Below are positions 1 to 9,736 of a stretch of DNA of 64,000 nucleotides, piece by piece. The notes beneath the pieces are model-generated. The model made no database searches. It saw only the letters and a program-made list of their open reading frames with translations, and was not told the DNA's origin. Position numbers and translations under genes: made by a program. The DNA lies in assembly GCA_965279525.1 (NCBI GenBank), contig CBDIIB010000004.1:512001-576000 (forward strand), written 5' to 3'. Numbering within the stretch: position 1 is the first letter of the stretch; every line of letters begins with the position of its first letter. Source of the DNA: Tagaea sp. GTDB taxonomy: Bacteria > Pseudomonadota > Alphaproteobacteria > CACIAM-22H2.

Positions 1-462
1 CCAGTGCTTGCGCCCGTTGAGCACGTAGCCGCCGCCGCGCCGGTCGGCGCGCGTGGTCATGTCGGTCGCCGCACTGCCGGCTTCGGGTTCGGTGATGCAG
101 ATCGCCGGCTTGTCGCCCGACAGCACGCAGGACGCGGCGAGCTCGCGCTGGGCCTTCGTGCCGTAGGCGACGACCGCACCCACCGCACCCATGTTGGTCT
201 CGACCACGATGCGGGCACATGCCCCGCAGGCACGCGCGATCTCCTCGATGACGAGCACGGTGTCGAGATAGGAGCGGCCCTGGCCGCCGAGATCCTTCGG
301 GACCGTCATGCCGAGGAAGCCCGCCTTGCGCATCGCCTCGACATTCGCCCACGGATACGCCTCCGTCCGGTCGGTCTCGGCGGCGGTCGGGGCGAGGACT
401 TCGTCGGCAAACTTGCGCGCGCGGGCGCGCAGGGTGGCCTGATCTTCCGTCAGCTTGAACAT
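1..462 (-). CDS. Acyl-CoA dehydrogenase family protein, probably 3-sulfinopropionyl-CoA desulfinase (5' part only; runs off the window edge)
   Basis: Not in the ORF track; translated by hand from ATG at 462: MFKLTEDQATLRARARKFADEVLAPTAAETDRTEAYPWANVEAMRKAGFLGM...GDKPAICITEPEAGSAATDMTTRA...YVLNGRKHW. Contains the ACAD TEPxAGS and LNGxKxW motifs. Confidence 0.85.
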   Translation of the reverse strand, partial: MFKLTEDQATLRARARKFADEVLAPTAAETDRTEAYPWANVEAMRKAGFLGMTVPKDLGGQGRSYLDTVLVIEEIARACGACARIVVETNMGAVGAVVAYGTKAQRELAASCVLSGDKPAICITEPEAGSAATDMTTRADRRGGGYVLNGRKHW

Positions 463-493
463 GCGCGAAGCCTCATACTTTCCGGCTTGCCGG

Positions 494-1408
494 TCAACCC
501 AGAAGGGCGAGGGCGAGGGGCAGCGTCACCGCCGCGATGACGACCTGGCCCGACACGATGCTTGCCATCAGGGCCGCATCGCCGCCCAGCCGGCGCGCGA
601 GGATGTAGCTCGACGTGGCCGCCGGCTGCGCGGCGAAGATGACGGCGACGGAAAGCGCCATCGGGTCGAGCCCGATCCACCGCCCGATCGCCCAGACCAG
701 CAGCGGCGACAGCACGAGCTTGGGAAGGCTCGCAAGCACGATGCCGCGCACGTGCGCGCCCACGCTGCCGAGCGACAGCCCGGCCCCGACCGTGAGCAGG
801 CCGAGTGCCAGCGAACCGCGCCCGAGGATGTCGGCCATCTGCGAAAGCGTGGCCGGGATGGCGATGTCGGCGAGCGACAGGGCGAGACCGGCGAGCGAGG
901 CAAGGATCAGCGGGTTCTTCGCCACTTCCGAGGCGACCGAGGCCGACCCGCCGCCGCCGCGCATGCCGAAGCGCGCAAGGGCCAGCACGCTGATCGCGTT
1001 GCCGAGCGGCACCGCGAAGGCGAGCACGATGGCAAGCAGGGCAAGCCCCGCCTTGCCGTGCAGGCCCGCCGCCACGGCAAGGGCCACATAGGTGTTGAAG
1101 CGCAGCGATCCCTGCACGACCGAGGTGAAGGCCGGTCCGTCCATCCCGAGATGGCGGCGCAGCACGAACAGGCCGGCCGCGACGAGCGACATCATGGCAA
1201 GGCACGCGGCGATGAGCTGGATCGTCTCGACGCCGTCGATGCGCGCTTCGGCGATCGACGTGACAAGCAGCGGCGGGAACAGCACGAAATAGGTCAGCCG
1301 CTCGACCGGCTCCCAGAAGCCCGTGTCGCGGAACGCATAATGCTTCAGCACCACGCCCAATGCGATCAGCCCGAAGACCGGGGCGAGGGCGGCGGCGACG
1401 GCGTTCAT
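494..1408 (-). CDS. AEC (auxin efflux carrier) family transporter
   Basis: About 10 hydrophobic segments with VERLTYFVLFPPLL, RFNTYV, KNPLILA and PAATSSYILARRLGGD motifs; ATG at 1408 overlaps the ruvX stop. Confidence 0.9.
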   Translation of the reverse strand: MNAVAAALAPVFGLIALGVVLKHYAFRDTGFWEPVERLTYFVLFPPLLVTSIAEARIDGVETIQLIAACLAMMSLVAAGLFVLRRHLGMDGPAFTSVVQGSLRFNTYVALAVAAGLHGKAGLALLAIVLAFAVPLGNAISVLALARFGMRGGGGSASVASEVAKNPLILASLAGLALSLADIAIPATLSQMADILGRGSLALGLLTVGAGLSLGSVGAHVRGIVLASLPKLVLSPLLVWAIGRWIGLDPMALSVAVIFAAQPAATSSYILARRLGGDAALMASIVSGQVVIAAVTLPLALALLG

Positions 1409-1875
1409 CGCCCGATCCGCACCCAGTCGAGATAGCCCTGCAGGATGAACGACGCCGCCATCTTGTCGACGACTTCGCTGCGCTTGGCACGGCTCATGTC
1501 GGCCTCGATCAGCGTGCGCGTCACGGCCTGGGTGGACATGCGCTCGTCCCAGAACACGAGCGGCAGGTCGATTCGCGCCAGCAGGTTTCGCGCGAAGGCG
1601 CGCACCGCCTGCGCGCGGGGGCCGAGCGTGCCGTCCATGTTGGTCGGCATGCCGCACACGAAGCCGCCGATGTTGCGCTTGGCGACGACCTCGGCGATCC
1701 GGTCATAGTCGGCCTTCGCCTTGCGACCCCGGAGAATCGTCTCGAGCGGCGAGGCGATGGAAAGGCCCGGGTCGCACACGGCAAGCCCGACCGTCTTCTC
1801 GCCCGGGTCGAGGCCGAGAAGGCATGTCTTTTCCGGCAGTTCGGCCAGAAGGTCGGTGGGGTTGCGGATCGGCAT
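1405..1875 (-). CDS. ruvX: Holliday junction resolvase-like / pre-16S rRNA nuclease RuvX (YqgF)
   Basis: LLGLDPGEKTVGLAVCD, WDERMST and VDKMAASFILQG motifs; divergent from gatCAB. Confidence 0.95.
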   Translation of the reverse strand: MPIRNPTDLLAELPEKTCLLGLDPGEKTVGLAVCDPGLSIASPLETILRGRKAKADYDRIAEVVAKRNIGGFVCGMPTNMDGTLGPRAQAVRAFARNLLARIDLPLVFWDERMSTQAVTRTLIEADMSRAKRSEVVDKMAASFILQGYLDWVRIGR

Positions 1876-1951
1876 GTCGGATGTTAGCTTCCCGGCCCGT
1901 TTTCACCGACGTTTTCACCGTCATTTCAAGGCCCAAGGCGAGACATACCGC

Positions 1952-2263
1952 ATGTCGCTCGATCAGGCTACCGTCGCACGAATTGCACAGCTGGCACGCA
2001 TCCGGCTCGCACCCGAAGACCGCCCGAAAATGGCGAACGAGCTGCAGACGATCCTCGACTGGGTCGAGCAGCTCAAGGAACTCGACACCTCGAAGGTCGA
2101 GCCGATGACCTCGACCGTCGAAGTCGTGATGCCGAGCCGCGAAGACAAGGTCACCGACGGCGGCTATCCCAACAAGGTGCTCGCCAACGCGACCGACCCG
2201 GTGCGCGTATCGACGACCGAGGATCTCGGCGGCTTTTTCACCGTTCCGAAGGTGGTCGAGTGA
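1952..2263 (+). CDS. gatC: Asp/Glu-tRNA amidotransferase subunit C
   Basis: [17 protein letters not shown]...[13 protein letters not shown]...FFTVPKVVE; ATG at 1952. Confidence 0.95.
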   Translation: MSLDQATVARIAQLARIRLAPEDRPKMANELQTILDWVEQLKELDTSKVEPMTSTVEVVMPSREDKVTDGGYPNKVLANATDPVRVSTTEDLGGFFTVPKVVE

Positions 2264-3726
2264 TGGCCGAGCTTGTCGATCTTACCATTGCCGAACTGCG
2301 CGACGGCCTGAAGGCCGGCCGCTTCTCCGCGATCGAGCTGACGAAGGCGTATCTCGCCGCGATGGAGAAGAACCGCCACCTGAACGCCTTCATCGTCGAG
2401 ACGCCCGACATGGCGTTGACGCAGGCGGCACTCGCCGACGCAAAGCTCCAGAAGGGCGAGGGGCGTCCGCTCGAAGGCATCCCGCTCGGCATCAAGGACC
2501 TGTTCTGCACCAAGGGCGTGCAGACGACCGCCGGCAGCCACATCCTCGAAGGCTTCAAGCCGCCTTACGAGTCGACCGTCTCGCAGAACCTGTTCGATGC
2601 CGGGGCGACGATGCTCGGCAAGCTCAACATGGACGAGTTCGCGATGGGCTCGGCCAACGTAACCAGCCATTTCGGGCCGGTGAAGAACCCGTGGAAGCGC
2701 AAGGACGGCAAGGACCTGGTGCCCGGCGGATCGTCCGGCGGTTCGGCTGCCGCGGTCGCCGCGCATATTGTTGCTGCCGCCACTGGAACGGACACCGGCG
2801 GCTCGATCCGCCAGCCCGCGAGTTTCACGGGCATCGTCGGCATCAAGCCGACCTACGGGCGCTGCTCGCGCTGGGGCATCGTCGCGTTCGCCTCGTCGCT
2901 CGACCAGGCCGGGCCGATGGCGCGCACCGTGCGCGATGCCGCGATCCTGCTGAAGTCGATGGCCGGGCACGATCCCAAGGATTCGACGTCGGTGCCCGTA
3001 CCGGTCCCCAACTACGAGGCGGCACTCACCGGCAACGTGAAGGGCCTTAAGTTCGGCATCCCGAAGGAATACCGCGTCGACGGCATGCCGGCGGAGATCG
3101 AGAAGCTCTGGCAGCAGGGCATCGACTGGCTGAAGGCCGCGGGTGCCGAACCGGTCGAGATCTCGCTGCCGCACACCAAGTACGCGCTGCCGACCTACTA
3201 CATCATCGCGCCCGCCGAAGCGTCGTCGAACCTCGCGCGCTATGACGGCGTGCGCTACGGGCTGCGCGTGCCCGGCAAGTCGCTGGACGAGATGTACGAG
3301 AACACGCGCGCCGAAGGTTTCGGGGCCGAAGTGCGCCGGCGCATCCTGATCGGCACCTACGTGCTGTCGGCCGGCTACTACGACGCGTACTATCTGAAGG
3401 CCCAGCGCGTGCGCACGCTGATCTTCAACGACTTCAAGGAAGCGTGGAAGAAGTGCGACGTGGTGCTTACGCCCACCGCACCGTCGGCCGCGTTCGGCAT
3501 CGGCGAGAAGGACGACGATCCGATCGGCATGTATCTCAACGACGTGTTCACGGTGCCGGTCAATCTCGCCGGCCTGCCGGGCATGTCGGTGCCCGCCGGC
3601 CTGTCGGGCGACGGGCTGCCGCTGGGGCTGCAGCTGATCGGCAAGCCGTTCGGCGAGGAAACCCTGTTCCGCGTGGGTGGCGTGCTCGAAAGTGCCGCCA
3701 ACTTCACCGCGCGCCCGGGAGCGTGA
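2263..3726 (+). CDS. gatA: Asp/Glu-tRNA amidotransferase subunit A
   Basis: Amidase signature [12 protein letters not shown]...[12 protein letters not shown] plus [13 protein letters not shown]. Confidence 0.98.
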   Translation: MAELVDLTIAELRDGLKAGRFSAIELTKAYLAAMEKNRHLNAFIVETPDMALTQAALADAKLQKGEGRPLEGIPLGIKDLFCTKGVQTTAGSHILEGFKPPYESTVSQNLFDAGATMLGKLNMDEFAMGSANVTSHFGPVKNPWKRKDGKDLVPGGSSGGSAAAVAAHIVAAATGTDTGGSIRQPASFTGIVGIKPTYGRCSRWGIVAFASSLDQAGPMARTVRDAAILLKSMAGHDPKDSTSVPVPVPNYEAALTGNVKGLKFGIPKEYRVDGMPAEIEKLWQQGIDWLKAAGAEPVEISLPHTKYALPTYYIIAPAEASSNLARYDGVRYGLRVPGKSLDEMYENTRAEGFGAEVRRRILIGTYVLSAGYYDAYYLKAQRVRTLIFNDFKEAWKKCDVVLTPTAPSAAFGIGEKDDDPIGMYLNDVFTVPVNLAGLPGMSVPAGLSGDGLPLGLQLIGKPFGEETLFRVGGVLESAANFTARPGA

Positions 3727-3730
3727 AGCG

Positions 3731-5185
3731 ATGATCATCGAAGGCAAGTCCGGCAAGTGGGAAGTCGTCGTGGGCCTCGAGGTCCACGCGCAGGTCGTCT
3801 CGCAGGCGAAACTGTTCTCGGGCGCTTCGGCCACCTATGGCGGCGATCCGAACGGGCAGGTGAGCTTCGTCGACGCGGCGTTCCCCGGCATGCTGCCCGT
3901 CATCAACGGTTTCGTCGTCGAGCAGGCGATCAAGACCGGCCTCGGCATCGAGGCGAAGGTCAACGAAGTGTCGATCTTCGACCGGAAGAACTATTTCTAC
4001 GCCGACCTGCCGCAGGGCTACCAGATCAGCCAGTACACGCGGCCCATCGTGACCGGCGGCAAGCTCGAACTCGACATGCCCGGCGGCGTGACCAAGACCG
4101 TCGGCGTCACGCGCCTGCATCTCGAGCAGGACGCCGGCAAGTCGATGCACGACCAGAGCCCGTCGAAGAGCTACATCGACCTCAACCGGTCGGGCGTGGC
4201 GCTGATGGAGATCGTGTCGGAGCCGGAAATCCGCTCGCCGGAAGAGGCGGGGGCGTATCTGAAGAAGCTGCGCGCCATCCTGCGCTATCTGGGCACGTGC
4301 GACGGCAACATGGAGGAAGGCTCCATGCGGTGCGACGCGAACGTATCCGTGCGCAAGGTCGGTGCCACCGAGTTCGGCACGCGCAACGAGATCAAGAACG
4401 TCAACTCGATCCGCTTCGTCATGCAGGCGATCGAGTATGAAGCGATGCGCCAGGTCGAGGAGCTGGAGAACGGCGGCACGATCATCCAGGAAACGCGCCT
4501 GTGGGATACCGCCAAGGGCATCACGCGCCCGATGCGCTCGAAGGAGCACGCGCACGACTACCGCTATTTCCCGGACCCGGACCTGCTGCCGCTGGTGCTC
4601 GATCCCGCGACGATCGCGCGCATCAAGGCCGCGATGCCCGAACTGCCCGACGCCAAGAAGGCGCGCTTCGTGTCGCAGTACAAGCTCTCGCCCTACGACG
4701 CGAGCGTGCTGGTGGCCGAGCAGGAGCAGGCCGATTTCTTCGAAACCGTCGCCAAGGGCCGCAAGGACCCGAAGCTTGCCGCCAACTGGGTGATCGTCGA
4801 GCTGTTCGGTGCGCTCAACAAGAAGGGCGTCGACGTGGCGCACTCGCCGGTCTCGGCCAAGAACCTCGCCGGGCTCCTCGACCTCATGGAAAACGACACG
4901 ATCTCGGGCCGCATCGCCAAGGACGTGTTCCAGTTCATGGTCGAGACGGGCAAGGACGCGGCAAGCATCGTCGCCGAGAAGGGCCTGACGCAGGTCACCG
5001 ATACCGGCGCCATCGACGCCGCCATCGCCAAGGTCATGGCCGAGAACGAGGCGAAGGTCGCCGAGTATCGCTCGGGCAAGGTCACGCTGTTCGGCTGGTT
5101 CGTCGGGCAGGTGATGAAGGGTACGGGCGGCAAGGCCAACCCCGCCAAGGTCAACGAGATCCTCAAAGCGAAACTCGGAGGATAG
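3731..5185 (+). CDS. gatB: Asp/Glu-tRNA amidotransferase subunit B
   Basis: [38 protein letters not shown] and YRYFPDPDL motifs. Confidence 0.98.
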   Translation: MIIEGKSGKWEVVVGLEVHAQVVSQAKLFSGASATYGGDPNGQVSFVDAAFPGMLPVINGFVVEQAIKTGLGIEAKVNEVSIFDRKNYFYADLPQGYQISQYTRPIVTGGKLELDMPGGVTKTVGVTRLHLEQDAGKSMHDQSPSKSYIDLNRSGVALMEIVSEPEIRSPEEAGAYLKKLRAILRYLGTCDGNMEEGSMRCDANVSVRKVGATEFGTRNEIKNVNSIRFVMQAIEYEAMRQVEELENGGTIIQETRLWDTAKGITRPMRSKEHAHDYRYFPDPDLLPLVLDPATIARIKAAMPELPDAKKARFVSQYKLSPYDASVLVAEQEQADFFETVAKGRKDPKLAANWVIVELFGALNKKGVDVAHSPVSAKNLAGLLDLMENDTISGRIAKDVFQFMVETGKDAASIVAEKGLTQVTDTGAIDAAIAKVMAENEAKVAEYRSGKVTLFGWFVGQVMKGTGGKANPAKVNEILKAKLGG

Positions 5186-5189
5186 GACC

Positions 5190-6002
5190 ATGGCTGCGAA
5201 GAAGAAGACGCCACCCAAGAAAAAGAAGGCGGCGCCCAAGCCGAAGCCCAAGAAAATCCTGAAAGCCACGCCGGCGATCAAGGCGTCGGCAGCAAAGTCG
5301 GCGAAGAAGGCCGCCAAGGGTGCGCGCATCGGCAAGGCCGGCTACGACGTGCCGGCGAAGAAGGCTGCATCGAAGGCGCCGGCGCACGTCACGCTCCACG
5401 GCTTCCACCTGTCGCTGCCGTCCTGCAAGGTGGCGCTGATGCTGAGCATGCTCGGCGCCAAGTGGAACTACCGCCATGTCGACCTGCGTGCCGGGGCGCA
5501 GAAGACCGCCGACCATCTGAAGATCAACCGCTACGGCCAGGTGCCGGCACTGGTCGACGGCACCGAGGTGATCGTCCAGTCGAACGTGATCCTCCAGTAT
5601 CTCGCCGACCGTTTCGGCGCCTTCGGCGGCTCGGCCGCGCACGAGAAGCGCCGCATCGCCGAATGGCTCGCGTGGGATCTCGATCGCATGACGTCGGTGG
5701 GGCAGGCCCGCTTCCTGCGGCGCAACCAGCCCGACAGTCCGGCGCTGCCGTTCGTGTTCGGGCGCGGCGAGCAGTCGCTCGAACTGCTCGACCGGCATCT
5801 GGGCACGTCGAAGTTCCTTGCCGGCCCGAACCCGACCATCGCCGACATCGCGGTGTTCCCGTGGATCGCGACGGCGGAAGAAGCACAGTACGACGCCGGC
5901 AAATACCCGAACATCCGCGACTGGGGCCAGCGCATGATGAAGCTGCCCGGTGTGGCACATCCGTATGCGCTGATGCCCAAGGAAGACCGCGCGGCCCAAT
6001 GA
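5190..6002 (+). CDS. Glutathione S-transferase family protein with a Lys/Ala/Pro-rich N-terminal extension
   Basis: GST core INRYGQVPALVD...QSNVILQYLA...PTIADIA preceded by about 64 residues of histone-H1-like sequence. Confidence 0.88.
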   Translation: MAAKKKTPPKKKKAAPKPKPKKILKATPAIKASAAKSAKKAAKGARIGKAGYDVPAKKAASKAPAHVTLHGFHLSLPSCKVALMLSMLGAKWNYRHVDLRAGAQKTADHLKINRYGQVPALVDGTEVIVQSNVILQYLADRFGAFGGSAAHEKRRIAEWLAWDLDRMTSVGQARFLRRNQPDSPALPFVFGRGEQSLELLDRHLGTSKFLAGPNPTIADIAVFPWIATAEEAQYDAGKYPNIRDWGQRMMKLPGVAHPYALMPKEDRAAQ

Positions 6003-6061
6003 TCCATTAACTATTTTCTGGCGTAAGTTCCGCTAAGGGGTAGCTCCAGAAAGGACCTTCC

Positions 6062-6853
6062 ATGAAGACCCGCATTTTTGCCTGCACGCTCGCCGTGCTC
6101 GCCGCCACGTCCACCGCCGCCAGCGCGCTCGAACTCGTCGGGCTGACGGACCGCAACGAGCTTGTCCGCTTCGAATCCACGAGCCCGCAGAAGACATGGA
6201 TGGTCGCCGTGCTCGGCACCGCCAGCCGCGTGATCGGCATCGATGTCCGCCCCGCGGACGGAAAGCTCTACGGCCTCGATGCCGCCGGCAACATCTATCG
6301 CATCGACGTGGTCAGCGGCCGCTCGGAGAAGGTGTCGACACTGTCCGTTCCGCTCGAAACGCAGGACGGCGCCGTCGTCGACTTCAACCCGCAGGCCAAC
6401 CGCCTGCGCGTGATCGGTCCGAACGGGCAGAGCCTGCGCGTCAATGTCGATACCGGCGAAGCCGCGGTCGACGGCCGCCTCGCGTTCGCGGCCGGCGATC
6501 CCAACGCCGGGAAGAAACCGAACGTCACGGCGGGGGCCTACATCAACTCGGTCGCTGGCGCCAAGCAGACGCAGCTCTTCGAGTACGATTCCGCCAACGG
6601 CGCCTACCTGATCCAGGACCCGCCGAACGACGGCACGCTCGCCTCGATCGGCGAACCGGGCCTGCCGCCGGGCACGCGCATCGACGCGATGGACATCTTC
6701 ACCGACAAGGACATGAAGAACTATTCGGGATTCGCGGTCGCCGCGTCGCGCCTGTGGGAGTTCTCCGTCGTCAACGGCAAGATGCGCGAGATCGGGCCCA
6801 TCGCATCGGGCACGCGCAAGATCGTCGACATCGCCGTCGTCACCGCGCCCTGA
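6062..6853 (+). CDS. Secreted DUF4394-like beta-propeller protein
   Basis: Signal peptide; [34 protein letters not shown] and QDPPNDGTL motifs. Confidence 0.8.
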   Translation: MKTRIFACTLAVLAATSTAASALELVGLTDRNELVRFESTSPQKTWMVAVLGTASRVIGIDVRPADGKLYGLDAAGNIYRIDVVSGRSEKVSTLSVPLETQDGAVVDFNPQANRLRVIGPNGQSLRVNVDTGEAAVDGRLAFAAGDPNAGKKPNVTAGAYINSVAGAKQTQLFEYDSANGAYLIQDPPNDGTLASIGEPGLPPGTRIDAMDIFTDKDMKNYSGFAVAASRLWEFSVVNGKMREIGPIASGTRKIVDIAVVTAP

Positions 6854-6878
6854 ACCCGGACAAGGAACCGCCAAGCCG

Positions 6879-7496
6879 ATGATCGATCTCTATACGTGGA
6901 CGACGCCCAACGGCCGCAAGGCCTCCGTGATGCTCGAGGAACTCGGGCTCGCCTACAACGTCCACAAGATCAACATCAGCAAGGACGAGCAGTTCGCACC
7001 TGCGTTTCTCGCGATCAGTCCCAACAACCGGATCCCGGCCATCGTCGACAATGACGGCCCGGGCGGCAAGCCGATCTCGGTCTTCGAATCCGGCGCCATC
7101 CTGATCTATCTGGCGGAGAAGACGGGCAGCAAGCTGCTGCCCGCCGACCCGCGCGCACGCACGGTCGTGCTCCAATGGCTGATGTGGCAGATGGGCGGCG
7201 TGGGGCCGATGTTCGGCCAGACGCACCACTTCATGCATGCGGCCCCCGAGAAGGTGCCCTACGGCATCGAACGTTATTCCAAGGAAACGCGCCGGCTCTA
7301 TGGCGTGATGGACAAGCGCCTCGGCGAGGCCGCGTATCTCGCCGGCAGCGACTACTCGATCGCCGACATCGCCACCTATCCGTGGGTCGCGCGCCACGAG
7401 CATCACAAGGTGGATCTCGCCGGGTTCCAGAACGTGAAACGCTGGTTCGACGCGATCGGCGCAAGGCCGGCTGTCGTGAAGGGGATGGCGGTCTAG
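6879..7496 (+). CDS. Glutathione-dependent disulfide oxidoreductase (YfcG/YghU-type GST)
   Basis: [39 protein letters not shown] and [11 protein letters not shown] motifs. Confidence 0.93.
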   Translation: MIDLYTWTTPNGRKASVMLEELGLAYNVHKINISKDEQFAPAFLAISPNNRIPAIVDNDGPGGKPISVFESGAILIYLAEKTGSKLLPADPRARTVVLQWLMWQMGGVGPMFGQTHHFMHAAPEKVPYGIERYSKETRRLYGVMDKRLGEAAYLAGSDYSIADIATYPWVARHEHHKVDLAGFQNVKRWFDAIGARPAVVKGMAV

Positions 7497-7511
7497 GGTT
7501 TTTAGGCCGTC

Positions 7512-8049
7512 ATGGATGACATCGAGATCGTCGACTACGATCCGCGCTGGCCTGCACGGTTCGCCGAAGAAGCCGAATGCCTGCGCGCGGCCCTGAGCAC
7601 CGGTCAAGTGCGGGAAAATGGCACTCGAGCATTTCGGCAGCACCGCCATTCCCGGCCTCGCCGCCAAGCCGATCATCGACATCCTCGTCGCGGTCCGCTC
7701 GCTGGCCGTCGCACGTGCCACGTTCGTCGAACCGCTCCGCACGCTCGGCTACGTCTTCTGGGCAGAGAACCCGAAGACGGATCGCCTGTTCTTCGTGAAG
7801 GGCATGCCGCCCTATGGCGAACGCCGGACACATCATGTCCATGTCGCGGAACCGACGGCGGAGCCGTGGCTGCGACTGCCGTTCCGGGATTACCTGCGTG
7901 CGCATAGGCAAGAGGCGCAGCGCTACGAGCGGCTGAAGCGCGAACTGGCGCTTCGGCATCGGACCGACCGGGAGGCCTATACGGACGCGAAGTCGGCCTA
8001 TGTGGACGAGGTGCTTGCCAAGGCGGGGCAGGACGCCACTCGGCTCTAG
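7512..8049 (+). pseudogene. GrpB/UPF0157 family nucleotidyltransferase-like gene, frameshifted near 7612-7618
   Basis: The N-terminus IEIVDYDPRWPARFAEEA (frame of 7512) and the rest, EHFGSTAIPGLAAKPIIDI...FRDYLR...YTDAKS (frame of 7618), are in different frames. Confidence 0.8.
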
Positions 8050-8051
8050 GC

Positions 8052-8085
8052 GTCATGCCCGGCGAATGCCGGGCATCCACGACTT
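8052..8085. repeat. REP/RIME-like palindromic element
   Basis: GTCATGCCCGGC-GAAT-GCCGGGCATCCACGACTT; 9-bp perfect stem; resembles alphaproteobacterial GTCATGCCCGG...CCGGGCATCCAC extragenic repeats. Confidence 0.6.
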
Positions 8086-8151
8086 CCTTCGCCGAATCCC
8101 GAAGCGCAGCTATAAATCGCGCTGACGCATCAAACCGGGAAGGGTGAATCC

Positions 8152-8421
8152 ATGCACATGGCTCAAGTGATCGGCGCGGGAATCCTGCTTCTCGGCGTGT
8201 TCCTGCTTTTCGGCAAGCTGTGGGGGACCGACACGAGCACCATTGCCGCCGGTGCGACGCTGTTCCTGCCGGCATGGCTCGCACTCGCCGTCGCCAACAT
8301 GTGGGTCGGCGTCACGAAGGCCGGCTACACGCTCGCCCAGGAACTGCCGATCCTGCTCGTCGTGTTCGCCGTGCCCGCCGCGATCGCGCTGGCCGTCGCC
8401 TGGCGGCTGTCGAAGGCGTAA
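8152..8421 (+). CDS. Small membrane protein (3 TM), function unknown
   Basis: Hydrophobic 89-aa ORF with NMWVGVTKAGY...ELPILLVVFAVPA. Confidence 0.8.
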   Translation: MHMAQVIGAGILLLGVFLLFGKLWGTDTSTIAAGATLFLPAWLALAVANMWVGVTKAGYTLAQELPILLVVFAVPAAIALAVAWRLSKA

Positions 8422-8431
8422 GCCGCGCCCC

Positions 8432-9466
8432 TTACTTCGCCGCCGCCTTGATCTCGCGGTCCCAGCGCGCCAGCAGGCGCGTGCGTTCGGCCGGGTCGCC
8501 GTATTTGGCGAAGTCGTAGTCGATCAGCTTGGCGTCGACCGCCTTGGCGATTTCCGGGGGCAGGGTGACCGACTTGTTGGCCGGCACCTGGTACGACTTC
8601 ACCGACAGGCCGATGGCCTGGGCTTCGGGCGACAGCAGCCAGTCATAGAGCTTTTTCGCACCCGCCATGTTGCGCGAGCCCTTGATCAGCGACATCGAGC
8701 CGACTTCGAAGCCGGTGCCCTCGCATGGCGCCACGTTGACGATCGGCGCCTTCTCGAGGATCTGCACCAGCGCATCCGACATGAACACGATGCCGACGGC
8801 TGTTTCACCGGTCGCGGCCGCGCGCACGGGGGCTCCGCCCGACTTCGTGTATTGGTTCACGTTCTTGTGCATCGCCTTCATGAAGTCGAAGCCCTTGTCC
8901 TCGCCGAAGAGCTGCACCATCGTCGCGAGGAACGTGTAGGCCGTGCCCGACGAGTTCGGGTCGGCGACCTGCACTTCGTCCTTCAGCTTCGGGTCGAGCA
9001 GGTCGGACCAGCACTTGATCTCGCGCATGCCGCGCTTGGCGAGCTGGCCGGGGTTGTAGACGAGACCGAGCGCGCCCGAATAGACGCCGACCGTGCGGTT
9101 GCCCGAGCGCGTCGCCTGCTTCTGCGCCCAGTCGTGCAGCTGCGGCAGCAGCGGCGAGGTGTAGGGTTCGGTGAGGCCTTCGAGTGCGGCCTGCAGGTGC
9201 GGATCGCCCGTACCGCCCCACCACAGATCGTTGCGCGGATTGGCGGCCTGCGCGCGGATCGTGGCGAACGCCTCGCCGGTCGACTGGCGGACCATGAAGA
9301 CCTTGCCACCGCCGGTGCGCTCGTAAGCCGAGACGAGCGCCTGGCAGTATTCCTGCTGCGCGCTGCATACGAACGAGACGGGGGTCTGCGCGCTCGCGGT
9401 TCCGGCAAGCAGCGTTGCGGCAAGTCCGGCAAAGGTCGCGCCTAGCAGCGGCAAAGTTTTCGGCAT
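8432..9466 (-). CDS. ABC transporter substrate-binding protein, AfuA/FbpA-like (sugar-phosphate or Fe3+)
   Basis: Signal peptide; STGE, DLWWGGTGDP, ADPNSSGTAY and YTKSG motifs. Confidence 0.88.
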   Translation of the reverse strand: MPKTLPLLGATFAGLAATLLAGTASAQTPVSFVCSAQQEYCQALVSAYERTGGGKVFMVRQSTGEAFATIRAQAANPRNDLWWGGTGDPHLQAALEGLTEPYTSPLLPQLHDWAQKQATRSGNRTVGVYSGALGLVYNPGQLAKRGMREIKCWSDLLDPKLKDEVQVADPNSSGTAYTFLATMVQLFGEDKGFDFMKAMHKNVNQYTKSGGAPVRAAATGETAVGIVFMSDALVQILEKAPIVNVAPCEGTGFEVGSMSLIKGSRNMAGAKKLYDWLLSPEAQAIGLSVKSYQVPANKSVTLPPEIAKAVDAKLIDYDFAKYGDPAERTRLLARWDREIKAAAK

Positions 9467-9490
9467 GGTCGGTCGGGCCCCCGTTTGAAA

Positions 9491-9508
9491 ATGACAGTTC
9501 CATGACAA
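9491..9508 (-). promoter_or_regulatory. Pho box (PhoB-binding site)
   Basis: Minus strand reads TTGTCAT-GGAA-CTGTCAT, two heptamers with 11-bp period, about 25 nt upstream of the AfuA-like ATG. Confidence 0.7.
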
Positions 9509-9736
9509 CGCTAGCCAACCGGCAGGGCGAGCGCCAGATACGGGTTTTGTTTGCTATTTTTCTTATACTAGGATATATATCTAAAACGAGATTGGAGTGG
9601 AAACAGGAGCCTCCGGACGTCCTACATGACACAAGAAATTCACGTCATCTCGTCAACTATAAAGCAGAATCAAGAACTTGGAATGTTGACGGTAAACTCT
9701 CGTCAACTGCCGTCAACTGAAGTTTGCGGTGCCGTT

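Noticed and set aside
6018-6033. Sigma54-like TGGCGT-N5-CCGCT upstream of the DUF4394 gene
   Set aside because: The -12 element is poor, so the match is too weak to call.
7611-7620. GGGAAAA as a programmed -1 slippery heptamer
   Set aside because: It is out of register with the upstream frame (CGG GAA AAT), and a +1 shift, not -1, would be needed.
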